A stretch of DNA of 64,000 nt, taken from the human T2T-CHM13v2.0 reference genome, Homo sapiens. Both the position numbers and the translations under genes were made by a program. Below the pieces are notes generated by a model. That model did no database searches and had not been told where the DNA came from. It saw nothing but the letters and a program-made list of their open reading frames with translations. Where the stretch lies: NCBI RefSeq assembly GCF_009914755.1, contig NC_060943.1; one strand, written 5' to 3'. The stretch's first letter is position 1; each line of letters starts with the position of its first letter. Below, piece by piece: positions 59,462 through 64,000 of the stretch.

Positions 59462-60569
59462 TTACAGGGACAGGTGGACAGGCAGAAAGACAGCAAAGGG
59501 AGGGACAGACAGACAGGAACAGAAGGACATGGAGGCTGAGGGAGAGGGGAGAAAGAGCAAGATAGACAGGGAGACACAGAGAAAGAGAATAAGAGAGACC
59601 AAGGGGATAATGCAGGTTTATCAACAGAGACAGGGACGGAGAGGAGCAGATGGAGAATGAAAGAGTGGTATTCAGGAAAGTAGGCAGAAATGCCACAGCC
59701 TAAGGCCCACAGGAAAAGAAACTGAGGTACAGAGAAGCCAGACAAAGACCAATGGTGTGTAGAGAGATGGTGAGTGCTGGGTTTGTTGGCTCACGCCTGC
59801 AATCCCAGCACTTTGGGAGGCCGAGGTGGGAGGATTGCTTGAGGCCAGGAGTTTGAAGCCAGCCTGGGCAACATAGAGCGACTCCATCTCTACGAAAATA
59901 AAAAAATTAGCTGGGCATCGTGGTATGTGCCTGTAAAGTCTCAGCTACTGGGGAGGCTGAGGAGGGAGGATCCCTTGAGCACAGGAGGTCAAGGCTGCAG
60001 TGAGCTGTGATCATGCCACTGCACTCCAGCCTGGGCGACAGAGTGAGACCCTGTCTCAACCAAAATAAAAAAAAAGGAAAAAAAAAAGAAAAAAATCCCA
60101 AACCCCAAACTCCACCAAAAACAGAAAAACAAAACACCCTTTCTAATAAGTCTGCCTATTTTCAGTGCTGGAAGCAGCCCCTGCCACCTCCGCCCCCAAA
60201 AAGAGGAGAATATCATGTCTGACAACACAGAGACAGAGAGGCCACAGACAAGACTTGACCAAGTCAAAGAGAGAGAAACAGGGGAAACTGAGGCAGAAAC
60301 CGAGAACAATGAGGCACTACAGAGATAAACTAGCTGTCGGACAGACTGTTGTGGAGAGAAAGGGGGACCCAGGAGAGGGATCCCGAAAGCTCCGTGCCTC
60401 TCTTTTTTCAGACGATCTCTCAGGACCATCTGACAGTGCTCTCCTTCCTCTTTGATGCCTCTCTCTTGGGATACTAGCTGAAGCTGGAGAGACACCAGTT
60501 AGACCTAAGGAAGGACTTCCCTGAGGAGTAGGGGCTTATGGTCACCGGCAGGAGCTGGGGCCTCCCTTC

Positions 60570-60777
60570 CCCATCAGCCCTAATTGCCAAGATGTCATGG
60601 GGGGAAGAGGAGGGGATTAAGCAGACGGGTGCCCCTCCCCCTCCCAGCCAATGTCACCTCCTGGTGCCCAGTCGAGTCCCCCACCTTGGCCGGGATTACC
60701 CTCCGAGTTCCAGGCCATGACAAATGACATCACTCCCGGCCCAGGCTTAAAATCTCCCCATGTGAGGGGATGTGTTT
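60570..60777 (+). promoter_or_regulatory. CRX proximal promoter with OTX2/CRX-type sites
   Basis: GGATTA at 60614-60619 and 60693-60698; TAATTG at 60581-60586; TATA-like TTAAAA at 60747-60752, ~30 nt upstream of exon 1. Confidence 0.78.
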
Positions 60778-60851
60778 CCTTCAGCCTCTGCTGTCTGGCC
60801 GCTCTGTCTAGGTCCTGGGCCACGGGAGAGCCCCGTCCCTCCTTTCTGAAG
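60778..60851 (+). other. CRX: CRX non-coding exon 1 (coding exons lie beyond the window)
   Basis: Matches my recollection of the CRX mRNA 5' UTR (ccttcagcctctgctgtctggcc...cctttctgaag); strong donor gtgagc at 60852; consistent with synteny to TPRX1. The start coordinate is approximate. Confidence 0.8.
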
Positions 60852-61534
60852 GTGAGCGTCTGCAGGAGAGGCGGAGGGGACCGAGGAGGGGAGAAAAAAG
60901 AGAGGGGAGAAGTTGGGTTTATCTTATTCGTGGCTGTGTTTGCCGTGCTCTGCAGGTGATGTTTGCTGAATAGTCACACACAAAACAGAGGTGCCGTCCT
61001 GGCATTTGTGGAAACGGGGCTAGGCTGTGATTGCAGCAGGAGGGAGTAAGGTTAGACAGCAGGGACTGGCTGATGGCACTCGGGGCATTGGGAGGATTCA
61101 GGGTGGCTTGTGGGCGAGGGGGTCCCCTCAAGCCCTGACGGCATCCGGGGTTGGGGGCTTCTCACCGTGGTTCTAAGGCAACTCCTCAGCATACCGCTCT
61201 GTTGGATGTTCTTTAAAACTCTTAGCACTGCCTGAAATTTTCATTTGCGCGATGATCCACAAATGGCCTGTCTCCCTCCCTTGTTGAGCACTGATTTTTC
61301 CCCAGTGCCCAGCGTGTGGTTGGGATTTGCCTAAATATGTGTTGCATAGATGGATGGATGAATGACAGACAAGGGACGGAACAGACATATACGCAGAGAG
61401 CCCAGGTCTGTGGCTGCAACAGGAAGAACTCCGGGTGGACTTGGGCCTGCCCGAGAGAGCCAGGAATGTGATGACTGGGGATCACTGTGCTGGTGAATTG
61501 ATCACTTAGGGCCTCAATGCACCCAGAGGCTCTG

Positions 61535-63707
<2,173 letters not shown>

Positions 63708-63770
63708 GAAATTGTTGTCATTGTGAGATCTTGTATATAAAGCCTGGGCCAAGTGTCTGCCGAGTGATGA

Positions 63771-63999
<229 letters not shown>

Positions 64000-64000
64000 T

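Overview
Primate, almost certainly human, genomic DNA. It is very Alu-dense, and the gene order identifies it as the 19q13.33 SELENOW–TPRX1–CRX interval. It contains four gene-level features. (1) The complete 6-exon selenoprotein W gene on the + strand, with an in-frame TGA (Sec13) in a CxxU motif and a SECIS in a non-coding last exon; the ORF track misses it. (2) A processed RPL23A pseudogene on the - strand. (3) The 3-exon PRD-class K50 homeobox gene TPRX1 on the - strand, with its Pro/Gly tetrapeptide repeat. (4) The promoter and non-coding first exon of CRX on the + strand. Almost all other listed ORFs are Alu or simple-repeat artefacts. Structure not explained by these genes includes: a ~250-470 bp module present three times in the same orientation around TPRX1, each copy carrying a CTCF-type motif; a ~1.7-2.2 kb inverted duplication bracketing the CRX promoter and exon 1, with a homogenised core; a TGACAGCTG-rich minisatellite and an older decayed repeat in SELENOW intron 5; and a homeodomain-site-dense island ~4.3 kb upstream of TPRX1.
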